A stretch of DNA of 32,000 nt, taken from an uncultured delta proteobacterium. Lineage in GTDB: Bacteria; Desulfobacterota; Desulfobaccia; Desulfobaccales; 0-14-0-80-60-11. Positions 1 through 9,381 of this stretch are shown one piece after another (position 1 is the stretch's first letter; the number at the start of each line of letters is the position of its first letter). The notes under the pieces were generated by a model that saw nothing but the letters and a program-made list of their open reading frames with translations, was not told where the DNA came from and searched no databases. Position numbers and translations under genes: made by a program. The stretch spans positions 17,177 through 49,176 of the forward strand of contig CAWJCT010000002.1 in NCBI GenBank assembly GCA_963841475.1, in the 5' to 3' direction.

Positions 1-447
1 CGCCAAGGCGGGCTTCAAGCGCCTGGAGGCCGCCGAACTTGCCGGCCCGGGCCTGAAGGCGAATTTGCCAGGCGTTAGGGATTCCGCCGGTCCTGCACAT
101 GGGGTCCTGCGTGGACAACACCCGCATCGTCAACCTGGCCGCGGTGCTGGCCAACGCCCTGGGGGTGGACCTGGACCAATTGCCCCTGGCCGCGGCCGCG
201 CCCGAGTGGTATTCCGAGAAGGCCGCCACCATCGCCTGCTATGCCGTGGCCAGCGGGATCTACACGGTGCTGGGGGTCATGCCCCCGGTCCTGGGGAGCA
301 GTGCGGTCACCGACCTTTTGCTCAACGGACTGGAGGCGCACGTGGGGGCCACCTTCGCGGTGGAGACCAGATCCCTCCAAGGCTGCGGACCTCATCATCA
401 ACCACGTGGAGGGCAAGCGCCGGGCGTTGGGCCTCTCGGCCCGGTAA
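1..447 (+). CDS. cooS: Ni-dependent CO dehydrogenase catalytic subunit (CooS/AcsA family), C-terminal fragment; 5' end outside window; frame broken twice as sequenced
   Basis: Frame 3 (nt 57 to ~370) reads ...CQALGIPPVLHMGSCVDNTRIVNLAAVLANALGVDLDQLPLAAAAPEWYSEKAATIACYAVASGIYTVLGVMPPVLGSSAVTDLLLNGLEAHVGATFAVE. GIPPVLHMGSCVDN and AAPEW.SEKA are hallmark C-terminal CooS motifs. The tail DPSKAADLIINHVEGKRRALGL continues in frame 1 to TAA 445-447. Nt 2-55 (AKAGFKRLEAAELAGPGLK) are in frame 2. Shifts lie near nt 55-62 and 365-375. Confidence 0.8.
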
Positions 448-506
448 GTTGTGGGGGTGCGCACGACGCATCGCCGTCCATTCAATCAGCGCCTGGAGGA
501 AGACCA

Positions 507-749
507 ATGTCAAACGGGGTTGACAAGCTGGGAGCCAAAGATTTCATTACGGGATGCCTGGTAATAATTGTCGCCGTAATTGTGGTGCCGATCCTGATCC
601 TGCTCTTTAAGGTAAGTGTTTATCTGGCGGTCGTCATTGCGGTGATTGTGGCGGTTATTTTAGGAATCGCCTTGTTGGGCAAGGTTATCAGGCTGATATT
701 TTTTGGGGGAAGATCAGACGATAAGCATGAGGACAAATATATTGAGTAG
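507..749 (+). CDS. small hydrophobic protein (80 aa, two predicted TM helices), unknown function
   Basis: ATG 507 is preceded by GGAGGA (495-500). Product: MSNGVDKLGAKDFITGCLVIIVAVIVVPILILLFKVSVYLAVVIAVIVAVILGIALLGKVIRLIFFGG... ORF-track entry 99..749 is a chimera of the shifted cooS tail and this ORF. The region is visibly AT-richer than its flanks. Confidence 0.45.
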   Translation: MSNGVDKLGAKDFITGCLVIIVAVIVVPILILLFKVSVYLAVVIAVIVAVILGIALLGKVIRLIFFGGRSDDKHEDKYIE

Positions 750-1142
750 CCCCGCTTCTGATGCCCAAGCAGTTGCACATGAGCCTGGGGCTCAACCAGA
801 GACCAGCAAAGATTTGGGCGCACAGCCTTTCCGGGCCGGGCGCGACTAACCCGCTTTCTTGACTCAGGTTGGCGAGCCTGCGCCACCGGTTTGAGGAGCT
901 TATAGGAACAGTCGCTCATGGGCCCCTGCGGCTCAGCCGCAAAGCCTGAAAAATTCAGGGGGCGGACCTCCGAGCCCGCTGCCGGCATAAGCTCAAGGTT
1001 CGTGGGACGCACCCTCCGAAGATTCTCTGGGCGGCACGCAGAGAACAACCTGCCGCCCGTCGCCCGCCTTTTCCCGGATTGTCCCTGGCAGGCCCAGGGC
1101 CGGATTGGGAGCGCCTTAGCGGTTCAGGCCCCGTAAAAGTCA

Positions 1143-1172
1143 TTGACAAAAAGCGCCCAAAAAGGGTAGTAA
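1143..1172 (+). promoter_or_regulatory. candidate sigma70-type promoter of trxA-trxB(-bamD)
   Basis: TTGACA (1143-1148), 18-nt spacer, TAGTAA (1167-1172). It is followed by the palindrome CCTAAA-T-TTTAGG (1186-1198) and AGGAGG (1201-1206), 6 nt before ATG 1213. Confidence 0.35.
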
Positions 1173-1212
1173 TAACAAAATTAGTCCTAAATTTTAGGTT
1201 AGGAGGACACGC

Positions 1213-1536
1213 ATGGCTGAACCTCTTCAGGTAAGCGACGCTGAATTCGAACAGGAAATCCTGAAATCAGATCTGCCGGCTTTGGTGGATTTTTGGGCTG
1301 CCTGGTGCGGCCCGTGCCGGGCCATCGCCCCGGTGGTGGAAGAACTGGCCCGGGATTACCAGGGCAAGATCAAAGTAGCCAAGATGAACGTGGACGAAAA
1401 CGCCAAAACCCCGGCAAAATATGGTATCCGGGCCATCCCGACCTTGATTATTTTCAAAGGGGGCCAGGTGGTGGAGCAAATCACCGGGGCCGTCTCCCGT
1501 TCCATCATTGAAAACGCTTTGAAGAAAGCCCTCTAA
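1213..1536 (+). CDS. trxA: thioredoxin
   Basis: 107 aa with the canonical WCGPC active site (DFWAAWCGPCRAIAPV), a thioredoxin-fold C-terminal half (GIRAIPTLIIFKGGQ) and a strong SD. Intact. Confidence 0.95.
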   Translation: MAEPLQVSDAEFEQEILKSDLPALVDFWAAWCGPCRAIAPVVEELARDYQGKIKVAKMNVDENAKTPAKYGIRAIPTLIIFKGGQVVEQITGAVSRSIIENALKKAL

Positions 1537-1550
1537 ACCACCGGTCCAAC

Positions 1551-2477
1551 ATGCCAGCGTGGGATTATGACCTCATCATTATTGGCGGCGGCCCCGCCGG
1601 TTTGACCGCGGGCATCTATGCCGGCCGGGCCAGGCTTTGTGCCGTTTTGCTGGAGAAGCTCATCCACGGCGGGCAGATGATGACCACCGACCTGGTGGAG
1701 AACTACCCGGGGTTTCCCGAGGGGATCACCGGGTTTGAGCTCAGCGACCGGATGCGGAAACAGGCGGAGCGCTTCGGCCTCCTCATCAAGAGCGCCGAAG
1801 TGTTGAGCATCGTTCCCGGCAACCCATTGCACACCGTGGTGATGGAAGACCGGAAGGTGACCGCCCCCGCCATCATCATCACCAGCGGCGCCACGTATAA
1901 GCACCTGGGAGTCCCGGGGGAAGACCGGCTCACCAGCCGCGGGGTGAGTTTCTGCGCCACCTGCGACGGGGCCCTGTATCGGGACCAGGAAATCGCCATG
2001 GTGGGCGGCGGCGACAATGCCCTCACCGAAATCCTTTTCCTGGAGCGCTTTGCCAAAAAGATCCACTTGATTCACCGCCGGGATCAATTCCGGGGCTGCA
2101 AATCCTTGCAGGAACGAGTCATGGCGCTGCCCAAGGTGCAACTCCACTGGAACACCGTGGTAACGGGATTCCAGGGGCAAGATGAGCTTAAAGCGGTGGA
2201 ACTCAAAAACGTCAAAACCTCCGAGGCCACCACACTCACAGTGGCCGGGGTCTTCATCGCCATCGGCATGGTTCCCAACACCGCCTGGCTCAAAGACCTG
2301 GTTAAGCTGGATCAATGGGGTTTCATCCTTACCAATGATGAGATGGCAACCAATATTCCAGGCATCTTCGCCGTGGGCGATGTACGGTCCAAGCTCGAGC
2401 GGCAAATAAGCACCGCCGTGGGGGATGGCACCATCGCCACTATCGCGGCGGAGAGATACCTGGAGGGAATTAAGTGA
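1551..2477 (+). CDS. trxB: thioredoxin-disulfide reductase
   Basis: 308 aa. N-terminal FAD motif IIIGGGPAG, redox-active CATCDG, second dinucleotide motif VGGGDNA, C-terminal GIFAVGDV. Lies 14 nt after trxA. Intact. Confidence 0.93.
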   Translation: MPAWDYDLIIIGGGPAGLTAGIYAGRARLCAVLLEKLIHGGQMMTTDLVENYPGFPEGITGFELSDRMRKQAERFGLLIKSAEVLSIVPGNPLHTVVMEDRKVTAPAIIITSGATYKHLGVPGEDRLTSRGVSFCATCDGALYRDQEIAMVGGGDNALTEILFLERFAKKIHLIHRRDQFRGCKSLQERVMALPKVQLHWNTVVTGFQGQDELKAVELKNVKTSEATTLTVAGVFIAIGMVPNTAWLKDLVKLDQWGFILTNDEMATNIPGIFAVGDVRSKLERQISTAVGDGTIATIAAERYLEGIK

Positions 2478-2487
2478 GGGTGGGTCA

Positions 2488-3219
2488 ATGACTCCGAAAA
2501 CCATCGCCAAGTTTTTCCTGATGCTGGTAATGGTCACTTTCATCAGCAACTGCAGTACCGTCAAGGGGTGGTTCGGCAAAAGCCAGAATACCGATAAGCC
2601 CCCGGATGTCTTGGCCCAGGAAGGCATCAAGGATTTGAAAAAGAAGAACTATGATGACGCCATCCAGACCTTCGAAAAAGTAAGGGACCGCTACCCATAC
2701 AGCGAACAGGCACTCCTGGCCCAACTCAAGGTGGCGGACGCCTATTTCTTTAAAAAGAAGTACGAAGAAGCCGTCCAGGCCTACCGGGAATTCGAAAAAC
2801 TCCATCCCACCAACAAGGCCGTGCCGTATTGCATCTACCGGGAAGGGCAGTGTTTCTATCGCCAGCGTTCTACCATCGACCGGGACCAGACGTATACCCA
2901 GAAGGCCATAGCCGAATTCAAGCGTCTTAAGCAGAAATTCCCGAACAGCGAGTACATCACCAAGGTGGATTTTTATCTGACCCGCTGTCGCAAGGACCTG
3001 GCGGAACACGAATTCTACGTGGCCGAGTTCTATTATCGGACCAAACGCTACCAGGCCGCCATCGACCGCTACCAGGCCTTGACGCAGGATTACCCCGAGT
3101 TTCCCAAGAACGCCGAAGCCAAAAAGCGCATTCAGGAGTGTCAGCAACTCCTGGCTGCCAAGGACCAGCCCAAAGGCATCCTGTCTCAAGTTACCAACAT
3201 TTTCGACGCCAAGTGGTAA
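2488..3219 (+). CDS. bamD: outer membrane protein assembly factor BamD (YfiO-like TPR lipoprotein)
   Basis: Start ATG 2488 gives MTPKTIAKFFLMLVMVTFISNC, a lipoprotein signal plus Cys. BamD-like blocks are present: RYPYSEQALLAQLKVADAYFFKKKY, LHPTN, DRDQTYTQKAIAEFKRLKQKFPNSEY, LAEHEFYVAEFYYR. Intact. Confidence 0.88.
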   Translation: MTPKTIAKFFLMLVMVTFISNCSTVKGWFGKSQNTDKPPDVLAQEGIKDLKKKNYDDAIQTFEKVRDRYPYSEQALLAQLKVADAYFFKKKYEEAVQAYREFEKLHPTNKAVPYCIYREGQCFYRQRSTIDRDQTYTQKAIAEFKRLKQKFPNSEYITKVDFYLTRCRKDLAEHEFYVAEFYYRTKRYQAAIDRYQALTQDYPEFPKNAEAKKRIQECQQLLAAKDQPKGILSQVTNIFDAKW

Positions 3220-3515
3220 GGGCGGCTCGGGGGCCGGCGCAGTCCCGGCCCCACTGATGCCCCTCTTCCCTGTCCACGCCTCCCTTTAGGCCTCATCGCC
3301 AACTTTTTCTGGGCACCCCCTAAAAAGAGAAAAACCCCCGGGCGAGGCTTAAAAAACTGCCGCAACCGCGGGGGGACTTGGTGCACGTGGCCCAGGCCTT
3401 TCGCCGGTAAGGGGCAAGTTTTAAGCCTGCGGCCCGTGAAAAATGGCGATTTGATAGGGGGCAGACCGTGGGCCCCGCCGGAGAACGAGCCGCAACAGCC
3501 CCTCCCTAACGGGTC

Positions 3516-4278
3516 TTAGCCCCACTTGAGCGTCTGTAAATCACTCAGGCTGCGGTAATCGGTGAGGTCGTGGTGGATGGGGGTAACGGAGATATAGCCC
3601 TGGGCCAGGGCCCCGTAGTCCGTATCCGGGTCGATGGCCGGGCGGGCGTTGATTTCCGCCAGCCAGTAATAGACGTGCTGCCGGGGGTCCACCCGGCGCT
3701 CGAAATGCTCCACCAGGGGGCCGGTGTCCTGGCGGGTAACCCTGACCCCCTTGACTTCGGACCGGGGCAGGGCCGGCAGATTGACGTTGAGACAGACCCC
3801 ATTGTTCCAGCACTCCAGCCCCGGACCTGCTCCAGCAGTTCCCGGGCCAGGCTGGCGGCGGTTTCAAAATCGGCGTTCTTGTCATAGGAGTTCAGGGAAA
3901 AGGCTACCCCTTTCACCCCCAGGATGCCGGCCTCGGTGGCCGCGGACACCGTGCCGGAGTAAAGCACGTTGATGCCCACGTTGGGACCCAGGTTAATGCC
4001 CGAAACCACCAGGTCCGGCGGGCTGGGGAGCAACTCCGCCATGGCGATTTTGACGCAGTCGGCGGGGAAGCCGCTCACCGCCCAGCCCTCGACGCCGCCG
4101 TTGATGGGACACTTCTTTCACCCGCAAGCGGCGTCATCAGGGTAATGGCGTGTCCCACGGCGCTCTGTTCGCTTTCCGGGGCCACCACCGCCACTTCTCC
4201 CAGTTGCTGCAGTTCCCGGTAGAGGGCCGCCAGCCCGGGAGCGTAAACGCCGTCGTCATTGGTCAAAAGTATCTTCAA
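3516..4278 (-). CDS. surE: 5'/3'-nucleotidase SurE; frame broken at least twice as sequenced
   Basis: TTG start 4278 with AAGGAG upstream. N-terminus [23 protein letters not shown]...[21 protein letters not shown]. Middle [12 protein letters not shown]...[32 protein letters not shown]-terminus [44 protein letters not shown]...[15 protein letters not shown]. The three pieces lie in different frames, with shifts near ~4085-4110 and ~3822-3830. Confidence 0.85.
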
Positions 4279-4563
4279 GGGGTGTTCTCCTTACTTTTTC
4301 TTTCTCAGTGGAGCGGTGCAAAATCCCAACCGGGCAACGGTTCAGATGGCGGTCCGAGACGGCCGCACGCCGGTCCAATTGCACCGATGGGGCGGATCTC
4401 CGGGCCCGTCGTATTCTCATGGGAAGGTGCGCAGGGCGCGTCTCACGTGCCGGCTAAGCGAGTGCCCATCACAAAATTGCACTCATGGTGCGTAGGACAT
4501 ACCCTACGAAAGACCTTTGAGAAGCCGTGGCCTCAAACAAGTCGCACCGGCCTGAACCTCGGT

Positions 4564-5940
4564 TCAATCCTTGCCGGCCTTGCCGCTCCCACCCTTCTCC
4601 TGGGCTTTCTTCGCGGTAACCGTCAGCCGGTGCATCTCTTCCTGCCACTGGCGAAAAGGCGCCCGGGGGATGAGGGCGGTAACCGCGGATTTCCCCTCGC
4701 CGGTGCGGACCTTGAGACGGTCTTTCTCCTGGGCTCCCACCTCCTCCAGGTTCAGGAGGGGTTTGCCGGCCTGATCCCGGAGTTCCAGGACAAAGGTCGA
4801 AGGGCCCTTGGCGGCGGGGCTCGAGGAGGGAACCGATTCGCCTTCCAGCTTCTGGAAATTCCACAGGGCCATCTCCAGGCGCACCGCCGGTTGCTGTGTG
4901 GCCGCCTGGTCCGGCCCGGTGATCTTCCAGGTGTCCTGGTCCTTTCGGGCGGTCCAGGTCTTGCCGGGAGGGCCCCAAACGACCTGGTGGACGGCGAGAA
5001 TCGCCCCGGACCACAAGCGGCGGTCTTTTAAAGTCGCCAGGGTCTTGTCGACCTCGCTGGCCAGGGCAGCCTCCACCAGCACCACGGGCCCGCCCGCCCC
5101 TATCCGGGCGTAAACCGCATCGTCTTTTTTGGTCCCCAACCAGAGGGTTTGGGCCCCGGCGGGCGTCGTAACCGTAATCTCGGTCCGCTGGTCCGGGAGC
5201 AGGCCCAGGGCCGTCAGCTTCTTGGGAGGAGGCTCCAGAAATTTTTTGGCCCGGGCAATATGGATATCGCGCACGAGTTTTTCCACCCGGTCGCCCCGCA
5301 CCCGAAAGTCAGAGCGTCCCACCCAGCGCCAGGTCTGGGGACCGGTCTTCTCCAGGGCCACTTTGGTCTTGGGGGTCTTGACCCTGAGGCCCTTGACCTC
5401 CCCGGCGATAAAGGCCAGCAAGGTCTTGTCCCTGAGGGCCAGGAGTTGGCGGTCCAGGGAATCTTTGCCTCCCGCGCTTATGGTCAGCAGGTGGGGATCG
5501 TGGTCCCTGAGGACGTAATAATTATGGTCTCCCGGGGCCTTGGCGCCGATGGCCAGCTGGTGCGGCTGCCCCAGGGCCGTGAATTTCACCACCAGACCGG
5601 GCTTATCCAGCCCGAAGGGTTTCAGGTTCTTTTCCTCCCCCAGGTCCCGCTCCTCCCGGAGCCGGACCAGGGTGGTCAGCATGGAGTCCACAATGGTCTG
5701 GTCGGCCTTGGTGTCCAGGGGGGCGGTGAGGCGCCAGACCTGGTCTTTTTTGACCAGGCGCACCTCGTCTTTACCCCGGACCAGGCTCAGGTCGCTGATG
5801 TCGGTTTCCTTGAGGTGGAAGACTTTTTTGGCCTGTTCGTCCCGAGCGACCTGTTGTTCCTGGCGCCAGCGCAGGCCGGCATAGGTCCCCACCAGGACCA
5901 GGAAAATCACCACATACGGGATCAGACGCCGGGGAGTCAT
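4564..5940 (-). CDS. DUF4340-like membrane-anchored protein, last gene of the GldG-type ABC operon
   Basis: ATG 5940 overlaps the gldG-like TGA (ATGA). The N-terminus MTPRRLIPYVVIFLVLVGTYAGL is a TM anchor, followed by a ~430-aa soluble region ending in a Lys/Gly tail. Position after GldG matches the usual ATPase-permease-GldG-DUF4340 order (established knowledge; the family call was not verified). The ORF track fuses it with gldG as one 769-aa ORF. Confidence 0.6.
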   Translation of the reverse strand: MTPRRLIPYVVIFLVLVGTYAGLRWRQEQQVARDEQAKKVFHLKETDISDLSLVRGKDEVRLVKKDQVWRLTAPLDTKADQTIVDSMLTTLVRLREERDLGEEKNLKPFGLDKPGLVVKFTALGQPHQLAIGAKAPGDHNYYVLRDHDPHLLTISAGGKDSLDRQLLALRDKTLLAFIAGEVKGLRVKTPKTKVALEKTGPQTWRWVGRSDFRVRGDRVEKLVRDIHIARAKKFLEPPPKKLTALGLLPDQRTEITVTTPAGAQTLWLGTKKDDAVYARIGAGGPVVLVEAALASEVDKTLATLKDRRLWSGAILAVHQVVWGPPGKTWTARKDQDTWKITGPDQAATQQPAVRLEMALWNFQKLEGESVPSSSPAAKGPSTFVLELRDQAGKPLLNLEEVGAQEKDRLKVRTGEGKSAVTALIPRAPFRQWQEEMHRLTVTAKKAQEKGGSGKAGKD

Positions 5941-7378
5941 CGCCGGGCCCGCCGCCGCCGGTAGGCCCAGATGCCGGCTACCAGCATCACCAGGGGAACC
6001 CGACCAGGTAACCAGGAACAACATCCAGGCCTGCCCGCTCTTGAGGGTCAGGAGCTGCGCCTTGCCGGCCCCCCGCACCGTAATCTGCTCCATGGCCCGG
6101 GCCAGGAAGTTCGTGGTGTTCAAAAACAGGTCCCCGTTGCCGAAGAGGTTGAAAAAGCTGTTGGCGGCGAAGTCCGCATCCCCGAAAACCACCAGGTAGG
6201 TCTTCGAGCCTTCCGGGGGCGCCGGCTGCTCCGCTCCTGCCTGGACCTTGCCGTCCTTCGGGGCCGGTTCGCTCTTTTTCGGGGCCAGCTTGATTTCGAC
6301 CTGGGCGGCCACCGTGAAGGGGCCCTGCTTGTCGATCTTGGCATCGAAGGCGGCTTTCTCGGCCTTGATCCACTCTTTACCCAGCTTCTCGTAGCTGGTG
6401 GACATGGTGGTGGCCAGGGGCAGCAGGGAGACGTCCGGATGGTCCTTGCGCAAAATCAAGGGGCGGGCCATGGGATAAATGGTGATCAGAGTTCTTAAAA
6501 TCCGGGTGATCTTGGAGGGGCCGTACTGGGACACCAGGGGCATGACGGCGCTGAGCCCCAGTGATTGACTCACCTGGTTGACGTCCAGGATAAGGCCGTT
6601 ATCCAGGCCGACGCCGTAGCCCGCCAGGAATCCCTGCAGGCCGCCGTCCTCAAAAGCCTCCAGCAGGATCAAGAGCCGGCCGCCCTTTTCCAGGTAAGCC
6701 TTCAGGGCCTGCACCTCGGTGGACATGAGCGGCTTCTTGGGGGCCGCCACGATGACCACCGCAGCATCCGGGGGAACCGCGCCCCGGCTCAGCAGGTTGA
6801 GGGACTCGATTTCGTAGCCCTCGTTGTCCAGGGCCCGCTTCGCCACCTGGAAGCCCTCCGGGCTTGGGGTCATCCAGGGCCCGCTCGCCGTGCCCGGCGA
6901 GGAAATAGACCTTCTTGCGCTCCTTCTTCAAGACCTTGCGCAGGGCATTGGTGATGGCGTTCTCGTCGGTCTGGTCGGCCATCTGGCGCCGCCCCTGGTA
7001 GTCCAGCAGCACGTTGCCGGCAAAGCGATACCCCGCCTGCTGGGCCTTGAGGGGTTCCCGCTCGGGGTCCACAAAGCGGTAGGTGACCTTGGGATTGTGG
7101 TACTCGTAGAGCTGCACAATCTCTTTGGCGCTTTGGCGTTCCGCGGCGCCCTCGGGCAAAAAGACCGTCAGGGTCAGAGGTTCGGTGACCTCTTTGAGCA
7201 GGGCCTTGGTGACCGGCGACAGGGACTGGGTCTGCTCCCGGGTGGTGTCCCAGCGCATGGGGTGCCAGTTGGCCAGCAAGGCCACCAGGCACAGGATGCC
7301 CAGCACCAGCAGCACCGACGCCACGGAGCCGGCGCCGTACAGCACGTTGCGTTTTTGGAATCGATCTCTCCAACTCAC
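5937..7378 (-). CDS. GldG-like auxiliary component of an ABC-type transport system (ABC_transp_aux family); two frame breaks as sequenced
   Basis: N-terminus MSWRDRFQKRNVLYGAGSVASVLLVLGILCLVALLANW (TM), then LTVFLPEG...VDPEREP...KKVYFLAGHGERALDD. After a shift near 6866-6884 it continues PEGFQVAKRALDNEGYEIESLNLL...VVIVAAPKKPL...GGRLLILLE. After a second shift near ~5985 the C-terminal TM VPLVMLVAGIWAYRRRRARR ends at TGA 5939..5937. Confidence 0.75.
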
Positions 7379-7380
7379 GA

Positions 7381-8172
7381 TTAAGCTCTCCAGCGCCGAG
7401 ATTCCAACTGTCTCTTGGTGAGAAAGAGGAAGAAGAAGATGAAACTCAGGCAGTACACCAGGTCCCGGGTATCGATCACCCCTTTGGTGAAGTTTTCGTA
7501 GTGGTCCAGCAGGGACAGGTATTTAAAGACCGCCCCCAGGTTGCCGGCCCCCAGTTCCTGGACCCAGCCGATGATCCAGAAGAGGAGTAGCAGGGCAAAG
7601 GCCACCACTCCGGCGACGATCTGGTTTTCGGTGAGGCTGGAGGCAAACAGCCCCAGGGACAGGCAGGCGGCCCCCAAGAGGACCAGGCCCAGGTAGCCGG
7701 TGCCCAGGGCGCCCCAATCCAGCCGGGTGATCAGGCCAAAGACCACGGGGATAGCAGGCGGTAAAGGCCAGCAAAATGAGATAGATCAGGAAGGCGGCGC
7801 CGAATTTGCCCGCGATCACCGCCCAGTCCGTCAACGGATAGGTGAACAAGCAGTTCCGCGGTCCCGGAACGCTTCTCTTCGGCCATCAGGCGCATGGTGA
7901 TGAACGGCACCAGAAACAGCAGGATGATGGCCAGGACCGCAAACAGGGGCCGGAAGACCATCTGCTGGGGATTGAGCTGGGCCGCGATCTGGGGGTTGGA
8001 CGGCCTGCTGGGCCGCCTGGAAGCTGATGATGCTGTAGTAGATGACGTTGGTGTAGAAAAAATATCCCGCCAGGAGCAGAAAGAAAAACCCGGTGATATA
8101 AAAAATGGGCGTGGCGAAATAGATGGTCAATTCTTTCCGCACCACCGCCAGCCAACCTCGTAACTGTTTCAT
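7381..8172 (-). CDS. ABC-2 type transporter permease (GldF-like); three frame breaks as sequenced
   Basis: Four consecutive hydrophobic fragments lie in different frames. They are MKQLRGWLAVVRKELTIYFATPIFYITGFFFLLLAGYFFY; NPQIAAQLNPQQMVFRPLFAVLAIILLFLVPFITMRLMAEEKRSGTAELL; FTYPLTDWAVIAGKFGAAFLIYLILLAF; VFGLITRLDWGALGTGYLGLVLLGAACLSLGLFASSLTENQIVAG...LLDHYENFTKGVIDTRDLVY. Shifts lie near ~7995, ~7852 and ~7748. Confidence 0.8.
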
Positions 8173-9120
8173 GACTCTTCTTCCGTGGTCTTCTTCCGTT
8201 ACCAGATTGAGGAACACTTCTTCCAGGGTGAACTCCTGGGACTTCAATTCCAGGAGGTCGCCAGCCCTGCTCCACCACCACCCGGGCCAGCTGCGGGCGC
8301 AGCTCCCGGCCGTTGTCGGCCTCCACCAGGTATTTGCCCTCGCCCTGGCTCAGCACCCGGTTCACCCCGGCAATAGCCGTCAGGGCGGCCGTCAACCTGG
8401 TCCACCGGCCCGGCCACCGTCATGAGCACCCGGGACCCCTGGCCCAGTTGCCGGGAGAGGTTTTCCGGGGTGTCGCTGGCCACGATCTGGCCCCGGTTGA
8501 TGATGATCACCCGGTGGCACAACTGGCTGACCTCCGGCAGGATATGGCTGCTCAGCATGACCGTGTGGGCCGCCTTCCAGGTTTTTGATCAACTGGCGGA
8601 TTTCCACGATCTGGGAGGGGTCCAGGCCGATGGTGGGTTCATCCAGGATGAGCAGCGGCGGCTGGTTGATCAGGGCCTGGGCCAGCCCCAGCCGCTGGCG
8701 GAACCCCTTGGACAGGGCCGCCACCAGTTTGCCCCGGACCTCTTCCAGGCCGCAGGCCGCCACCACCCGGTCAATTTCCGCGCTTTCGGCTTTGGCCGCT
8801 ATACCCTTGGCCCGGGCGGCGAACCGTAAGAACTGGGTCACCGTGAGGTCGGGGTAGATGGCCACGTTCTCCGGCACATACCCCAAGGAGCGGCGCACCG
8901 CCAGGGAGTCGGTGACGCAGTCGTAGCCGTTGATCCGGGCCGTGCCCGCGGACGGCGCCAAAAATCCCGCCAGGATCTTCAAGGTGGTGGTCTTCCCGGC
9001 GCCGTTGGGGCCCAGGAAGCCCACGATCTCCCCGGCCGCCACCTGGAAATCCAGGCGGCTGACGGCCAGATGCGGACCATAATACTTGGTCAGATCCTGC
9101 ACTTCGATCATCGTTTCCAT
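8169..9120 (-). CDS. ABC transporter ATP-binding protein (GldA-like); three to four frame breaks as sequenced
   Basis: Walker A GPNGAGKTT, Q-loop, signature-like LSKGFRQRLGLAQAL, Walker B LLILDEPTIGLD, H-loop MLSSHILPEV, and the C-terminal domain ending FTLEEVFLNLVTEE. Shifts lie near ~8568, ~8400, ~8258 and probably ~8185. As sequenced the frame runs without a stop into the permease ATG 8172. The out-of-frame TGA 8171..8169 (ATGA overlap) is the likely true stop. Confidence 0.85.
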
Positions 9121-9220
9121 ACGTTATTCCATCCAATGTCCTTGGCTTGCTGATTAAGGCAAGATGTTCTCAAAAGTGCTTGTCATCGAAAGCCCAGGCG
9201 TTAGCGCGGCAACCCAAATG

Positions 9221-9292
9221 CCCCTTTTCCAAAGGGGGACTTGATCGGCCCAATTCGTTTTAACCCCCCTTTCCTCAAGGGAGGCGGGGGGG
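9221..9292. repeat. two adjacent C-run/G-run hairpin elements (short intergenic palindromic repeat family)
   Basis: Copy 1 is CCCCTTT-tcc-AAAGGGG (9221-9237) followed by GACTTGA. Copy 2 is CCCCCCTTTCC-tcaa-GGGAGGCGGGGGG (9264-9292) followed by ATTTTT. A third copy lies at 24602-24621. On the minus strand they sit just downstream of the epimerase gene and could act as weak terminators. Confidence 0.5.
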
Positions 9293-9381
9293 ATTTTTCA
9301 TGGCGCCTGCAAGGCTGATCATCACCCATGACCATTTAGCCTGCGGTGGCACAGGCGGGACGCCTGCGCCCACCAAAGACT

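Noticed and set aside
99-749. 216-aa ORF in the track that could be read as one protein
   Set aside because: It is a chimera. The first ~90 codons are the conserved CooS C-terminal region. The middle is off-frame read-through after a frame break near 365-375; the real CooS tail is in frame 1 and stops at 447. The last 80 codons are a separate small membrane ORF with its own SD and ATG at 507.
750-1140. Possible structured RNA gene (RNase P, SRP, tmRNA, 6S) in the long spacer
   Set aside because: I looked on both strands for the conserved cores. These were GAGGAAAGUCCGGGC and ACAGAA.CCGGCUUA for RNase P, GGAAGGnAGCA for SRP domain IV, and GGUUCGA.UCCC..CCUCCACCA for the tmRNA 3' end. None is present. 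6S RNA cannot be judged by eye.
4564-6873. 769-aa ORF that looks like one giant secreted protein
   Set aside because: It fuses the C-terminal two-thirds of a GldG-like protein with the downstream DUF4340-like gene. A frame break near ~5985 hides the GldG C-terminal TM helix and its TGA (5939..5937), which overlaps the next ATG (5940).
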